Shown here: positions 1-8,709 of the stretch, piece after piece
Layout of the letters: the number at the start of each line of letters is the position of its first letter
Position numbering within the stretch: the stretch's first letter is position 1
Source of the DNA: an uncultured Opitutales bacterium
GTDB lineage: Bacteria > Verrucomicrobiota > Verrucomicrobiia > Opitutales > Intestinicryptomonadaceae
NCBI GenBank assembly: GCA_934660865.1
Contig: CAKUIA010000010.1
Location: 1 to 32,000, forward strand
DNA length: 32,000 nucleotides
Direction: 5' to 3'
The notes under the pieces: generated by a model
Told to the model about the DNA's origin: nothing
Seen by the model: the letters and a program-made list of their open reading frames with translations, nothing else
Databases searched by the model: none
Translations under genes and position numbers: made by a program

Positions 1-56
1 TGGGCATTGTAAGAGATTTTTTCTCTTCTTTGCCCTCCTTTTTTTTATCCATTCCA

Positions 57-299
57 CTATCTTTGACGATGAGCGTAATTTTGGAAGTTTTTATAACCGT
101 AAGCCATTCGTTGTATAAGTTTCATTTTCCTATGGAAGCCCTCGGTTATCCCGTTGTTTTTCGTAAATCTCCACATTCGGATTGTCGGCGTAAACCACTC
201 GCTTATTGTCTCTGCCAGTCGCTCAAACTCTTGCGTAGCTTCGTATTTCATCTGTTTCATCATTGTTTTCAGTTCCCTTATATTTCGTGTCAACCCCAA
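57..299 (-). pseudogene. ISL3-family transposase, C-terminal ~80-aa fragment (IS relic)
   Basis: The ORF ends ...TKNNGITEGFHRKMKLIQRMAYGYKNFQNY..., matching the conserved C-terminal NG-x-TEG / K-x-I-x-R-x-AYG-[FY]-x-NF block of ISL3 (DDE_Tnp_ISL3) transposases. Full-length enzymes are about 400 aa. Here the apparent start is TTG and the frame is closed by a stop at 312-314, so only the tail survives. Confidence 0.6.
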
Positions 300-337
300 A
301 GAAAGTGGTTTCTAATGAAAGGCGCCAGGGGTGGGGG

Positions 338-349
338 TTGCTGCAGCAA
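338..349. repeat. Perfect 12-bp palindrome TTGCTGCAGCAA, possible regulator/UAS site, function unknown
   Basis: The sequence is self-complementary when read directly. It lies about 100 bp upstream of the sigma-54-like box at 439-454. Confidence 0.6.
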
Positions 350-395
350 ATGCAACATTTTGTCGCAGGGGGTACAAAATGTCTCTATAAACGGG

Positions 396-431
396 CTATT
401 AGTAGGGCGGGGTCTTGTACGATACTAATAG
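396..431. repeat. 9-bp perfect inverted repeat CTATTAGTA / TACTAATAG with an 18-nt spacer
   Basis: The arms are 396-404 and 423-431, read directly. The repeat ends 8 nt before the -24 element. Function is unknown. Confidence 0.6.
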
Positions 432-438
432 ATATGTT

Positions 439-454
439 TGGCACGCTATTTGCT
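439..454 (+). promoter_or_regulatory. Candidate sigma-54 (RpoN) -24/-12 promoter for clpB
   Basis: TGGCACG-CTAT-TTGCT matches every specified base of the consensus TGGCACG-N4-TTGCW, with GG-N10-GC spacing. It is intergenic and oriented toward clpB (ATG 467). Caveat: the predicted TSS near 465 would leave almost no leader. Confidence 0.5.
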
Positions 455-466
455 AAGGAATAAGGT

Positions 467-3028
467 ATGAATATAAATCCCGACAATTTTACAGAAAAAT
501 CTATAGAGGCCATAAACGAGGCCTCGCAAGTTGCAAGGCGTTATAATGCCTCGCAGCTTGAACAGGCGCATTTGTTGGAGGCTCTCGCCAATCAGGAGGG
601 CGGCATTGTTCCCGCCATTCTCGAAAAAATGAGCTCCAAAAAAGAGGTTTTAAGACTTTCTTTGCAGCGTTATTTGCAAGCGCAGCCCAAAGTTAAGGGA
701 GCCAGTGCCGAGCTATATCCCAGTGCGGCGTTTTCGGCCACGCTTTCGCGCGCGTTGGAAATCTCCAAAAATATGGGCGACGCTTTTGTTTCAACCGAAC
801 ATTTGTTCCTGGCTATTTTGGAAAAGCCCGAACCCAGCGACTTTGCCGATATGGTTGCCTCGCTTCAAATTTCCGCAAGCGAAGTAAAAACGGTATTGGC
901 GACAATGCGTTCGAGCAAAAATATCGACAGCAAAACCCCCGAGGCTTCGTACGAAGTTTTGGCAAAATACGGTTCGAACCTTGTAGAACTTGCCCGCAAA
1001 GGCAAGCTAGACCCCGTAATTGGCAGAGACGAGGAAATAAGAAGGGTTATAAGGATTTTGTCGAGAAAGACGAAAAACAACCCCGTTCTTATAGGCGAGC
1101 CGGGCGTAGGTAAAACCGCAATAGCCGAAGGTTTGGCGCAAAGGATTGTCCGCAAAGACGTTCCCGAAGGTTTGAAAGACAAGACGATTTTTGCCCTGGA
1201 TATGGGTTCGCTTATAGCGGGCGCAAAATACAGGGGCGAGTTCGAGGAAAGGCTAAAGGCCGTTCTTAACAAAGTTAAGGAATCGGACGGCAAGATAATT
1301 CTTTTTATAGACGAACTGCACACCATTGTAGGCGCGGGCAAAACCGACGGTTCGCTAGACGCCAGCAATATGCTAAAGCCCATGCTTGCCAGGGGCGAGC
1401 TGCGTTGCATAGGGGCTACAACCCTTAATGAATACAGGGAAAATATCGAAAAAGACGCGGCTTTGGAAAGGCGTTTCCAACCCGTATATGTTGCAGAGCC
1501 TTCGGTTGAAGATTCCATTGCAATATTAAGGGGCTTAAAGCAGCGTTTCGAAACCCACCACGGCGTTGAAATTCAAGACAGGGCTTTGGTAGAGGCTGCA
1601 ACGCTTTCGGACAGGTACATAACGGGCAGGCAGCTTCCCGACAAGGCGATAGACCTTATAGACGAAGCATGCGCAAGAATAAGAACCCAAATGGATTCCG
1701 TTCCCGTAGAGCTCGACAACATTATGCGCAAGCAAATGCAGCTGCAGATAGAAGAGGCCGCCCTTGTAAAGGAAAAGAGCGACGACAAGCGCCTTGCCGA
1801 AGTCCGCAAAGAGCTGGCCGATTTAAAGAACCAGTCGGCGGTATTGCGCAGCAAGTGGGAAGACGAAAAGCAGCAGTCGGCTTTGGCAAACAAGCTAAGG
1901 GCGCAAATAGAAGAGGCCAAAATCAAGATGGAGCACGCCGAAAGAGAGTATAATCTCAACCAGGCGGCCGAGATAAAATACGGCGTTCTTCCAAAATTGC
2001 AGGCTCAATTAGACAAGGCAATTTCGAAAACAAAAGGCGAAAACGCAATGGTAAGGGAAATTGTAGGCCCTTCCGAAATAGCCGACGTTGTTTCCGAATG
2101 GACGGGCATACCCGTAAAGAAGCTTGTACAAAGCGAAAAAGACAAGATTTTGCACTTGCCCGACGCCCTTCATAACAGGGTAATCGGTCAGGACAAGGCC
2201 GTAGAAAGCGTTGCCAATGCAATCTTAAGAAGCAGGGCTGGCATAAAAGACCCGAAAAGACCCATAGGCGTGTTTATGTTCTTGGGCCCGACGGGTGTAG
2301 GTAAAACCGAATTGGCAAAGGCGCTAAGCGCAAACTTGTTCGACAAGGAAGACAATATGGTGCGTATCGATATGTCGGAATATATGGAAAAGCACTCGGT
2401 CTCCAGACTTATAGGTTCGCCTCCGGGCTATGTGGGCTACGAACAGGGCGGCCAACTTACCGAGGCCGTAAGGCGCAGACCCTACTCTGTAGTTCTCTTC
2501 GACGAAATCGAAAAGGCGCACCCCGAAGTTTTAAATACCCTCTTGCAGATTATGGACGACGGTATTCTTACCGACGGTCAGGGCCGCAAGGTAGACTTTA
2601 AAAACACGGTTATTATAATGACCTCGAATGTGGGTTCTTCGTACATTCTCGACGCCGTTGCCGACAAAGACGGCAACCTTCCCGAAAGCGCAAAGAACGC
2701 CATTAACGCCGACTTAAGGGCGCACTTTAAGCCCGAGTTCTTGAACAGAATAGACGACATTATAATCTTTAACGCGCTAACGCTCGATCAGGTAAAACAA
2801 ATTGTTCAACTGCAAGTTGCAAACCTAAACAAGCGTTTGGAAAAGCAGGGCGTGTATGTAAAGCTTTCGAAAAAGGCTTTGGACAACATGGCTACAACCG
2901 CCTACGACCCGACTTTCGGCGCGCGTCCCTTAAAGAGAATGATTGTCGAAAAGATAGAAAACCCGCTGGCAAGGGCTATTATATCGGGCACGCTCCCAAA
3001 AGACGGCGTGTACGAAGTAAAAGAATAA
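467..3028 (+). CDS. clpB: ClpB disaggregase (class I AAA+ chaperone)
   Basis: 853 aa. It has a Clp N-domain, two Walker A boxes ([16 protein letters not shown]), a long coiled-coil middle domain between the AAA modules, and the RPLKR C-terminal signature. Confidence 0.97.
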   Translation: MNINPDNFTEKSIEAINEASQVARRYNASQLEQAHLLEALANQEGGIVPAILEKMSSKKEVLRLSLQRYLQAQPKVKGASAELYPSAAFSATLSRALEISKNMGDAFVSTEHLFLAILEKPEPSDFADMVASLQISASEVKTVLATMRSSKNIDSKTPEASYEVLAKYGSNLVELARKGKLDPVIGRDEEIRRVIRILSRKTKNNPVLIGEPGVGKTAIAEGLAQRIVRKDVPEGLKDKTIFALDMGSLIAGAKYRGEFEERLKAVLNKVKESDGKIILFIDELHTIVGAGKTDGSLDASNMLKPMLARGELRCIGATTLNEYRENIEKDAALERRFQPVYVAEPSVEDSIAILRGLKQRFETHHGVEIQDRALVEAATLSDRYITGRQLPDKAIDLIDEACARIRTQMDSVPVELDNIMRKQMQLQIEEAALVKEKSDDKRLAEVRKELADLKNQSAVLRSKWEDEKQQSALANKLRAQIEEAKIKMEHAEREYNLNQAAEIKYGVLPKLQAQLDKAISKTKGENAMVREIVGPSEIADVVSEWTGIPVKKLVQSEKDKILHLPDALHNRVIGQDKAVESVANAILRSRAGIKDPKRPIGVFMFLGPTGVGKTELAKALSANLFDKEDNMVRIDMSEYMEKHSVSRLIGSPPGYVGYEQGGQLTEAVRRRPYSVVLFDEIEKAHPEVLNTLLQIMDDGILTDGQGRKVDFKNTVIIMTSNVGSSYILDAVADKDGNLPESAKNAINADLRAHFKPEFLNRIDDIIIFNALTLDQVKQIVQLQVANLNKRLEKQGVYVKLSKKALDNMATTAYDPTFGARPLKRMIVEKIENPLARAIISGTLPKDGVYEVKE

Positions 3029-3046
3029 CAAAGCTCTTAAAAAAAC

Positions 3047-3079
3047 AAAACCCTTTCGGAAATCCCGAAAGGGTTTTTT
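3047..3079 (+). terminator. Rho-independent terminator after clpB
   Basis: A 13-bp stem (AAAACCCTTTCGG / CCGAAAGGGTTTT) with a 5-nt loop is followed by a T6 run, 19 nt after the clpB stop. Confidence 0.9.
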
Positions 3080-3242
3080 GTTGCATGTTAAACGGAAAAA
3101 ACAATAAAAATGTCAAAGAAATGTATGCGAAAATGGTTGTTTTGATTTAGTTTTCTTGAATTTTAGTCTTGATATAAAAACGATTTATCTGATAGGCTAG
3201 GCTGACAGTTATTCGATATAATATATAAGAAAGAGATGGTAT

Positions 3243-5681
3243 ATGATAAGAAGGATTGTTTTTGTGTTTATGTTGTTTGCTGTGTTGCTTGTTAATGCAA
3301 CGCAGCGGCAACTATGGAATTTTGATTGGAAATTCTATTATGGAAAAAACGACGAAGCACATTCGAGAGGTTGCGACGATTCTAAATGGCGTTTGCTTGA
3401 TTTGCCCCATGATTTTCAAATTGAACAGCCCTTTATAGAACCTACTAAAGAGCAAATTAAAAATAAAACGGAGGATAAAGGTAGAGGTTTTAAACCCTAC
3501 AGTCAGGCATGGTATCGCAAAACTTTTGTTGCGAATCCGCAATGGAAAAACAAGCGAGTAATAGTGGATTTTGAAGGGGTAATGCAAGTTTGCGACGTGT
3601 ATATTAACGGACGTAAAGTTGCGTCGAACGAGTATGGATATAGCGGTTTTCAGGTAGACATTTCAAACTTTATAGATTACAACAACCCAAATGTAATTGC
3701 CGTTTTTGCTGAGGTTTCGCCGAAATATGTATCGCGCTGGTACACGGGCGGGGGAATTTACAGAAATGTATACTTATTGCAAAAAGAGCCCATTTCCGTT
3801 GCCCGACACGGTCTTTATATTACAACGCCTCAAATTTCGAAAAAATCGGCAAAAGTAAAAGTTCAAACGGAAATTGAAAACACTTTGAACGCCGAACGCA
3901 AAATACATGTGAAATCTACGGTGTATTCTCCAAAAGGCGAAAAACTTGCAGAGAAAACACAGTCAGTTGTTGTCGCTGCAAATTCGACCGCAACGGACGA
4001 AGCTTTTTTTGACATAAAAAATCCTTCGCTTTGGGACATGGATTCGCCAACGCTTTATTCGGTCGTCGTGCAAGTTCTTGATTCCGACAAAGTGTTGGAT
4101 TATAAAAAATCTAACTTTGGCGTGCGAACCATAGAATTTAACCCGCAACAGGGCTTTTTGCTAAACGGAAGAAAAGTTTTGCTTAAGGGGTCAAATTTTC
4201 ACCACGATTTGGGGGCACTTGGGGCTGCCGTTTACGATTCTGAAATAGAAAGGCGCATTTTGCTTTTAAAATCGCTTGGAGTAAACAATATAAGAACTTC
4301 GCATAATCCATATAGTGAGTCGTTTGTAGCTTTGGCCGACAAGCACGGTATTTTGGTTGTAAACGAAGTTTTCGATAAATGGAGCAAAGCCTATTTGGGC
4401 GGGAGAAAACACGAAGACGAGGTATGGCCTTACGCGCTTTCCGAGTTTATCAAGCGCGACAGAAACCACCCAAGCGTTATTATGTGGAGCTTGGGCAACG
4501 AACTAGATTGTCAACACGGAACATATCCTAACCCTACAGACAAGTATGGGGACTACGCTGTAACAATGTATAGAATAAAGCGGGATTATGCCAAAAAATT
4601 CGACGATACGCGCCCCTATACAGTGGGGCAATTCCCCTCCAGAGAAAAGGGGTTAGACCCGTGGCACATAAGCAAAGAACAATGGAAACTTACCAAGCCT
4701 GCAGAGCTTGCGTTTGCCACCGATGTTTCTTCTCAAAACTATACGGGGTGTTTTTTTGAAAACGATTCCAAAAACTATCCTAATATGATTTTTTACCAAA
4801 GCGAAATGACTACGGGAGGTTTGGCCGAAAATTTCTACGAATTAAACCATAGCAAGGTAGCGGGAGCTGCCTATTGGGGTGTTATCGCCTATTGGGGCGA
4901 GTCTGGCGGTTGGCCGCAAAAGGGCTGGAACACCAAAGCCTATATAGATACCGCCCTAAATATAAAGCCGCAGGGATATTGGATGAAAGCCACGTTCTTA
5001 GACGGAGTAGCCCCGGTTGTTTATGTCGGAGTTTGCGAGCGCGATGTACAAACCGGTGTCTATGTTGCGCCTACGGGGCAAACCATAGGGCTTATGCCCG
5101 AAAACGAAAATTGGAACCGCAAAGACGGCAGTTTTGCCGATGTGGTTGTCTATACAAATGCAGACGAAGCCGAATTGTTTTTAAACGGCAAATCGCTGGG
5201 TGTGCGTAAAAACGACCGTTCTAATATTCGTATAAGAAATAAAATTATATGGGAAAATGTAAAGTTTGAAAAAGGCGAGCTAAAAGCGGTTGCAAAAACA
5301 AACGGCAAAGTTGTGGGCGAGCATAGCCTTGAAAGCGCCGACGACCCCGCCGAACTTGCCGCAGAATTGGTAAATGCAAATTGGAGGGCCGACGGAATGG
5401 ATTTACAGATTGTAAAAATTTCGGCGGTAGACAAGTTTGGCCGCCTATACCCGATTGCAGATAACAAGCTAACGTTTTCGCTTGAAGGAAACGCAAAGCT
5501 TATCGGTGTAGACAACGGAGATATGGCAAGCAACGAACTGGCTGTTGGCAATTCCCGTTCGCTATATTGCGGTAGGGCGGTTGCAATACTTCGCGCCGGC
5601 AAAAGTGCCGACGACTCGATTAAACTGACAATTAAATCCGGCGGGTTGCCGACTAAGATTGTAAAACTAAAGACAAAGTAG
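3243..5681 (+). CDS. Secreted glycoside hydrolase family 2 (beta-galactosidase/beta-glucuronidase-like)
   Basis: 812 aa with an N-terminal signal peptide. GH2 hallmarks are present: WNFDWKF...W..LDLPHDF, GGIYRNVYL, NNIRTSHNPYS, the acid/base motif WSLGNE, and Ig-like C-terminal domains. Confidence 0.9.
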   Translation: MIRRIVFVFMLFAVLLVNATQRQLWNFDWKFYYGKNDEAHSRGCDDSKWRLLDLPHDFQIEQPFIEPTKEQIKNKTEDKGRGFKPYSQAWYRKTFVANPQWKNKRVIVDFEGVMQVCDVYINGRKVASNEYGYSGFQVDISNFIDYNNPNVIAVFAEVSPKYVSRWYTGGGIYRNVYLLQKEPISVARHGLYITTPQISKKSAKVKVQTEIENTLNAERKIHVKSTVYSPKGEKLAEKTQSVVVAANSTATDEAFFDIKNPSLWDMDSPTLYSVVVQVLDSDKVLDYKKSNFGVRTIEFNPQQGFLLNGRKVLLKGSNFHHDLGALGAAVYDSEIERRILLLKSLGVNNIRTSHNPYSESFVALADKHGILVVNEVFDKWSKAYLGGRKHEDEVWPYALSEFIKRDRNHPSVIMWSLGNELDCQHGTYPNPTDKYGDYAVTMYRIKRDYAKKFDDTRPYTVGQFPSREKGLDPWHISKEQWKLTKPAELAFATDVSSQNYTGCFFENDSKNYPNMIFYQSEMTTGGLAENFYELNHSKVAGAAYWGVIAYWGESGGWPQKGWNTKAYIDTALNIKPQGYWMKATFLDGVAPVVYVGVCERDVQTGVYVAPTGQTIGLMPENENWNRKDGSFADVVVYTNADEAELFLNGKSLGVRKNDRSNIRIRNKIIWENVKFEKGELKAVAKTNGKVVGEHSLESADDPAELAAELVNANWRADGMDLQIVKISAVDKFGRLYPIADNKLTFSLEGNAKLIGVDNGDMASNELAVGNSRSLYCGRAVAILRAGKSADDSIKLTIKSGGLPTKIVKLKTK

Positions 5682-5707
5682 TAAAATTACATTGCGTAAA
5701 TTCAAAC

Positions 5708-5738
5708 AAAAAATGCGCTCAAGCAAGAGCGCATTTTT
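5708..5738. terminator. Bidirectional rho-independent terminator between convergent GH2 and BASS genes
   Basis: A 10-bp stem (AAATGCGCTC / GAGCGCATTT) with a 6-nt loop is flanked by an A-run on the left and a T-run on the right. Confidence 0.85.
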
Positions 5739-5759
5739 GCATGGCAAATTCGCCTAAAA

Positions 5760-6767
5760 CTAGTCTTCTTTAGGCGCGTTTTTAGCCAGTTTTTTTGCTA
5801 TTATAGAGGCTACCACCAGCTGGAATGCGTGGTATATCATAATGGGCAGAATTATTATGGCGATTTTGGAGGGGTCGGGCACTATAACTTTCGACATAAC
5901 TGCCCCGTGCGCCAGCGATTTTTTAGAGCCGCAAAACAGGGCCGTAATTGTGTCGTTGCGGTCGAATTTTAGCAGTTTTGAAACCAGCAAAATTACGGCG
6001 TAGGCTGCAAAGAACATTGCCGCCAGCCCTATGGTAAGCAAAACAATGTCTTTAAGCGAAAGCGCGCTAAACATATCCTGGTAAAAGCTGTCGCAAAACG
6101 AAGTGTATACAATAAGCAGAATAACGCTTTGGTCGTAGTTCCTAAATAGGCGTTTTTTTGTCTTTGCCCATTCGCCGAATCTTTTGTTCAGCAAAACGCC
6201 CAAAACTACGGGCAGCAGCACCTGCGCAAAAAGCTTGGCAAATATGGGGCCCAAATCGGCGTCGGGCATGGCGCCCTGCATTGCAAAGCTCATTAAAAGC
6301 GGGGTTATGAATATGCCCAATATGCCCGACAAGCTTGCGTTGAAAATGGCCGCCGGAATATTGCCGCTTGCAATCGAAACCATTACCACCGACGACGACA
6401 CCGTAGACGGCAGCGCGCACATAAAGAACACGCCCAAATATAGATACTGGTCTTTAAACGCACCGAAAACGGCCGTATACGCCAAAAGCAGAAGCGGGAA
6501 CAGCGCAAAAGTCGACAACTGCACAACTATATGCAGCTTGTAGTTCGAAAGCCCCTTTTTTATTTGCGCAAAGTCCAGCCTAAGGCCGTAAAAGAAAAAT
6601 ATAAGGGTTAAAAGCCAGTTCGCCAGCTCCGACGGCGAAAAGCTTTCCCTTGTGCAGCCTATTTGCGGGGCTATGTACGCCAAAAGTATTGCGCCGCCCA
6701 GCCCCAAAATGAACCAGTCAAGCCCGATTTTGTTCAATTTGCCGTATATGTATGTAAATATATTCAC
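5760..6767 (-). CDS. Bile acid:Na+ symporter (BASS) family transporter, YfeH-like
   Basis: A polytopic membrane protein whose N-terminus (KLNKIGLDWFILGLGGAILLAYIAP) aligns by eye with E. coli YfeH. The 494-aa ORF in the track is an upstream over-extension with no ATG near the true N-terminus. Likely start is GTG 6767, with TTG 6737 as the alternative. Confidence 0.8.
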   Translation of the reverse strand: MNIFTYIYGKLNKIGLDWFILGLGGAILLAYIAPQIGCTRESFSPSELANWLLTLIFFFYGLRLDFAQIKKGLSNYKLHIVVQLSTFALFPLLLLAYTAVFGAFKDQYLYLGVFFMCALPSTVSSSVVMVSIASGNIPAAIFNASLSGILGIFITPLLMSFAMQGAMPDADLGPIFAKLFAQVLLPVVLGVLLNKRFGEWAKTKKRLFRNYDQSVILLIVYTSFCDSFYQDMFSALSLKDIVLLTIGLAAMFFAAYAVILLVSKLLKFDRNDTITALFCGSKKSLAHGAVMSKVIVPDPSKIAIIILPIMIYHAFQLVVASIIAKKLAKNAPKED

Positions 6768-6866
6768 GATAAGTTCAAGTATGCTTGCCTTTATGCGACT
6801 TTCCTCAAGCTTTTTTTCAAAAATGGTTGCGTTTTTCGGCCATATTTGAAAGTCTATTCGGCGAAA

Positions 6867-7592
6867 ATGAGAATACAAAAGTTCATATCCCAATGCGGAG
6901 TTTGTTCGCGCAGGGCCGCCGAGCAGAAAATCGCCGCGGGCGTTGTAAGCGTAAACGGGAAAGTTGCCCAGATAGGGCAGGATATAGACGAAAATTCCGA
7001 CAGCGTTGTTTTTGAGGGGCGCAAAATTTCGCTTCCTGCAGAAGACAAGGTGGTTTTGGCTTTCAACAAGCCCAAGGGCTATTTGTGCAGCAATGCAGAC
7101 CCTTTCCACGCGCAAACCGTGTTCGACCTGCTGCCCATGCCCTATAATAAGATGAAGCTTTTCTGCTGCGGCAGGCTGGATATGAATTCGCAGGGGCTGC
7201 TTATCCTTACAAACGACGGCGATTTGGCCAACAGAATAACGCACCCGTCGTACGGGGTAATGAAAAAGTATACTGTGCTTTTAAACAGGCCTTTCGACCA
7301 CAAGCTTATTAAAACCCTGGAGCACGGCGTTGTTTTCGAGGGCGAAAAACTTGTAGCTACAAAGATAATCCCGCTCGGCATAGAGGGCGAACAAAACGAA
7401 ACAAAAAGGCTTGAAGTTTGGCTGCACCAGGGCAAAAAGAGGGAAATCAGAAGAATGTTCGAGTGCGTCGGCTACTTTGTAAAAGAGCTTAAAAGGTTCC
7501 AGATAGGCGGCTACGTTTTAAAGCGCATTCCCGAGGGCCAATATAAAAGGCTGGGGCAAGTAGACATTAAAAAACTGCTAATGCAGTCGTAA
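6867..7592 (+). CDS. rRNA pseudouridine synthase, RsuA/RluB/RluF family
   Basis: Start chosen at MRIQKFISQCGVCSRRAAE (S4 domain). The catalytic motif GRLDMNSQGLLILTNDG is present. The track ORF from 6663 is an N-terminal over-extension. Confidence 0.9.
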   Translation: MRIQKFISQCGVCSRRAAEQKIAAGVVSVNGKVAQIGQDIDENSDSVVFEGRKISLPAEDKVVLAFNKPKGYLCSNADPFHAQTVFDLLPMPYNKMKLFCCGRLDMNSQGLLILTNDGDLANRITHPSYGVMKKYTVLLNRPFDHKLIKTLEHGVVFEGEKLVATKIIPLGIEGEQNETKRLEVWLHQGKKREIRRMFECVGYFVKELKRFQIGGYVLKRIPEGQYKRLGQVDIKKLLMQS

Positions 7593-7616
7593 AAAAATTT
7601 ATAAGGGGATAGCAAA

Positions 7617-8690
7617 ATGGAGAAGATTTTCGACGACATTCAAGACGCCATTGCCGACGTTGCAATGGGCAAACCCATTGTTGTTGTAGACGACGAAAAC
7701 CGCGAAAACGAGGGCGACCTTATTGTTGCCGCAAGCAAAATAACGCCCGAAGCGGTTAATATTATGATAAGCCACTGCAAGGGTCTGATTTGCGCCCCGG
7801 CCACTACGGCGGTGCTAAACAGGTTGGGCATAGACGATATGGTAAAGATTAACCGCGACAAAAAGGGCACGGCCTTTACCGTTACCGTAGACGCAGCCGA
7901 CGGCATTACCACGGGCATAAGCGCGGCCGACAGGGCAAGAACTTTAAAGCTTATGGCGCAGCCTGCCTCTACGGGGGCCGACTTTGTAAGCCCGGGGCAT
8001 ATAAACCCGCTTAGGGCAAGGCCGGGCGGCGTTCTCGAAAGGGCGGGGCACACCGAGGCCGCCGTGGATATGTGCAAGCTGGCCCATTTGCCGCCCGTTG
8101 GCGTAATTTGCGAAATAATTAAAGACGACGGCACAATGGCGCGCCTGCCCGACATAATAGAATTTAAAAACAAGTTCGGCTACAGGCTTATAAGCGTTGC
8201 AAGCCTTATAGAATACAGGCTTAAAAACGACAGGATTTTAAAGAAAATTTCGTCGAGCAAGGTAGACACCGAATTCGGCGAGTTCGATTTTTCCATTTTC
8301 AGAAACGAAGCCGACAAGAAATTCCACTTTGCGCTTTCTGTGGGCGATTTGTCGAAAGACGGCGCATTTGCAAGGGTTCACGCGCAGAATATTTTTGCGG
8401 ACTTGTTCCGCGCAAAGTCGTTTTCCGACGCAGCCGATTCCTTTAAACGCGCAATGGCAAAAATTGCCGAGGCGAAGTGCGGCGCGCTTGTTTGCGTTAA
8501 TGTCGAAAACTGGGGGGTAGACATAAACGCCGCCCGTCCCATTTTGCCCAACAAGGTAGACTACGGTATCGGCTCGCAAATTTTAAAGGAGCTTGGCTTT
8601 AAAAAGATAAACCTGCTTACAACGCACCCCGGTGCGCACTATATGCCCGAAGGCTACGGCTTGCAGATAGTATCCCAAACAAAAATTTAA
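7617..8690 (+). CDS. ribBA: 3,4-dihydroxy-2-butanone-4-phosphate synthase (RibB) fused to a degenerate GTP cyclohydrolase II-like domain
   Basis: The N-terminal half has RibB motifs (DDENRENEGDL, RAGHTEAAVD). The C-terminal half aligns with RibA around RVHAQNIF but lacks the RVHSEC...CDC zinc cysteines. Confidence 0.9.
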   Translation: MEKIFDDIQDAIADVAMGKPIVVVDDENRENEGDLIVAASKITPEAVNIMISHCKGLICAPATTAVLNRLGIDDMVKINRDKKGTAFTVTVDAADGITTGISAADRARTLKLMAQPASTGADFVSPGHINPLRARPGGVLERAGHTEAAVDMCKLAHLPPVGVICEIIKDDGTMARLPDIIEFKNKFGYRLISVASLIEYRLKNDRILKKISSSKVDTEFGEFDFSIFRNEADKKFHFALSVGDLSKDGAFARVHAQNIFADLFRAKSFSDAADSFKRAMAKIAEAKCGALVCVNVENWGVDINAARPILPNKVDYGIGSQILKELGFKKINLLTTHPGAHYMPEGYGLQIVSQTKI

Positions 8691-8709
8691 CAAAAAAACG
8701 GTAGTTCTT

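Noticed and set aside
30-463. Plus-strand ORFs 30-428 (132 aa) and 263-463 (66 aa) upstream of clpB.
   Set aside because: They overlap the transposase relic on the opposite strand and the regulatory region. They have no recognisable domains and odd composition, so they are most likely non-coding.
865-1518. Long antisense ORFs inside clpB (865-1518) and likewise inside tcdA (12343-13008), ftsY (9672-10253), ribBA/ribH (7640-8173, 8583-9077), the ttpB-like gene (14641-15162), the EBP gene (28200-28697) and cca (30634-31281).
   Set aside because: All are shadow frames of confidently identified genes. They are Ser/Ala/Arg-rich with no domain signatures and no independent start context. Their abundance reflects stop-codon-poor antisense frames under this genome's codon bias.
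3085-3150. 21-codon small ORF (MLNGKNNKNVKEMYAKMVVLI) just after the clpB terminator, which might be a leader peptide for the GH2 gene.
   Set aside because: It has no ribosome-binding context, no attenuator structure linking it to the GH2 start, and low-complexity AT-rich coding. It cannot be supported from sequence alone.
5760-7244. 494-aa version of the BASS ORF, plus similar N-terminal extensions of the rsuA-like, nusB, tcdA, rsmD, tonB, folK, lpxC/fabZ, sixA and transporter ORFs.
   Set aside because: The extensions overlap neighbouring genes and are Arg/Cys-rich or otherwise featureless. Homology-like sequence begins at internal starts that sit right at the upstream gene's stop, often as ATGA overlaps. 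I used the shorter coordinates.
7593-7616. I looked for an FMN riboswitch upstream of ribBA, a THF riboswitch upstream of folP, and tRNA, rRNA, tmRNA, SRP RNA or CRISPR repeats anywhere in the window.
   Set aside because: The gaps are too short (24 nt before ribBA; folP overlaps its upstream gene). The only sizeable non-coding stretches (300-466, 3029-3242, 28862-29002) show no cloverleaf, conserved riboswitch core or repeat-spacer periodicity that I could recognise.
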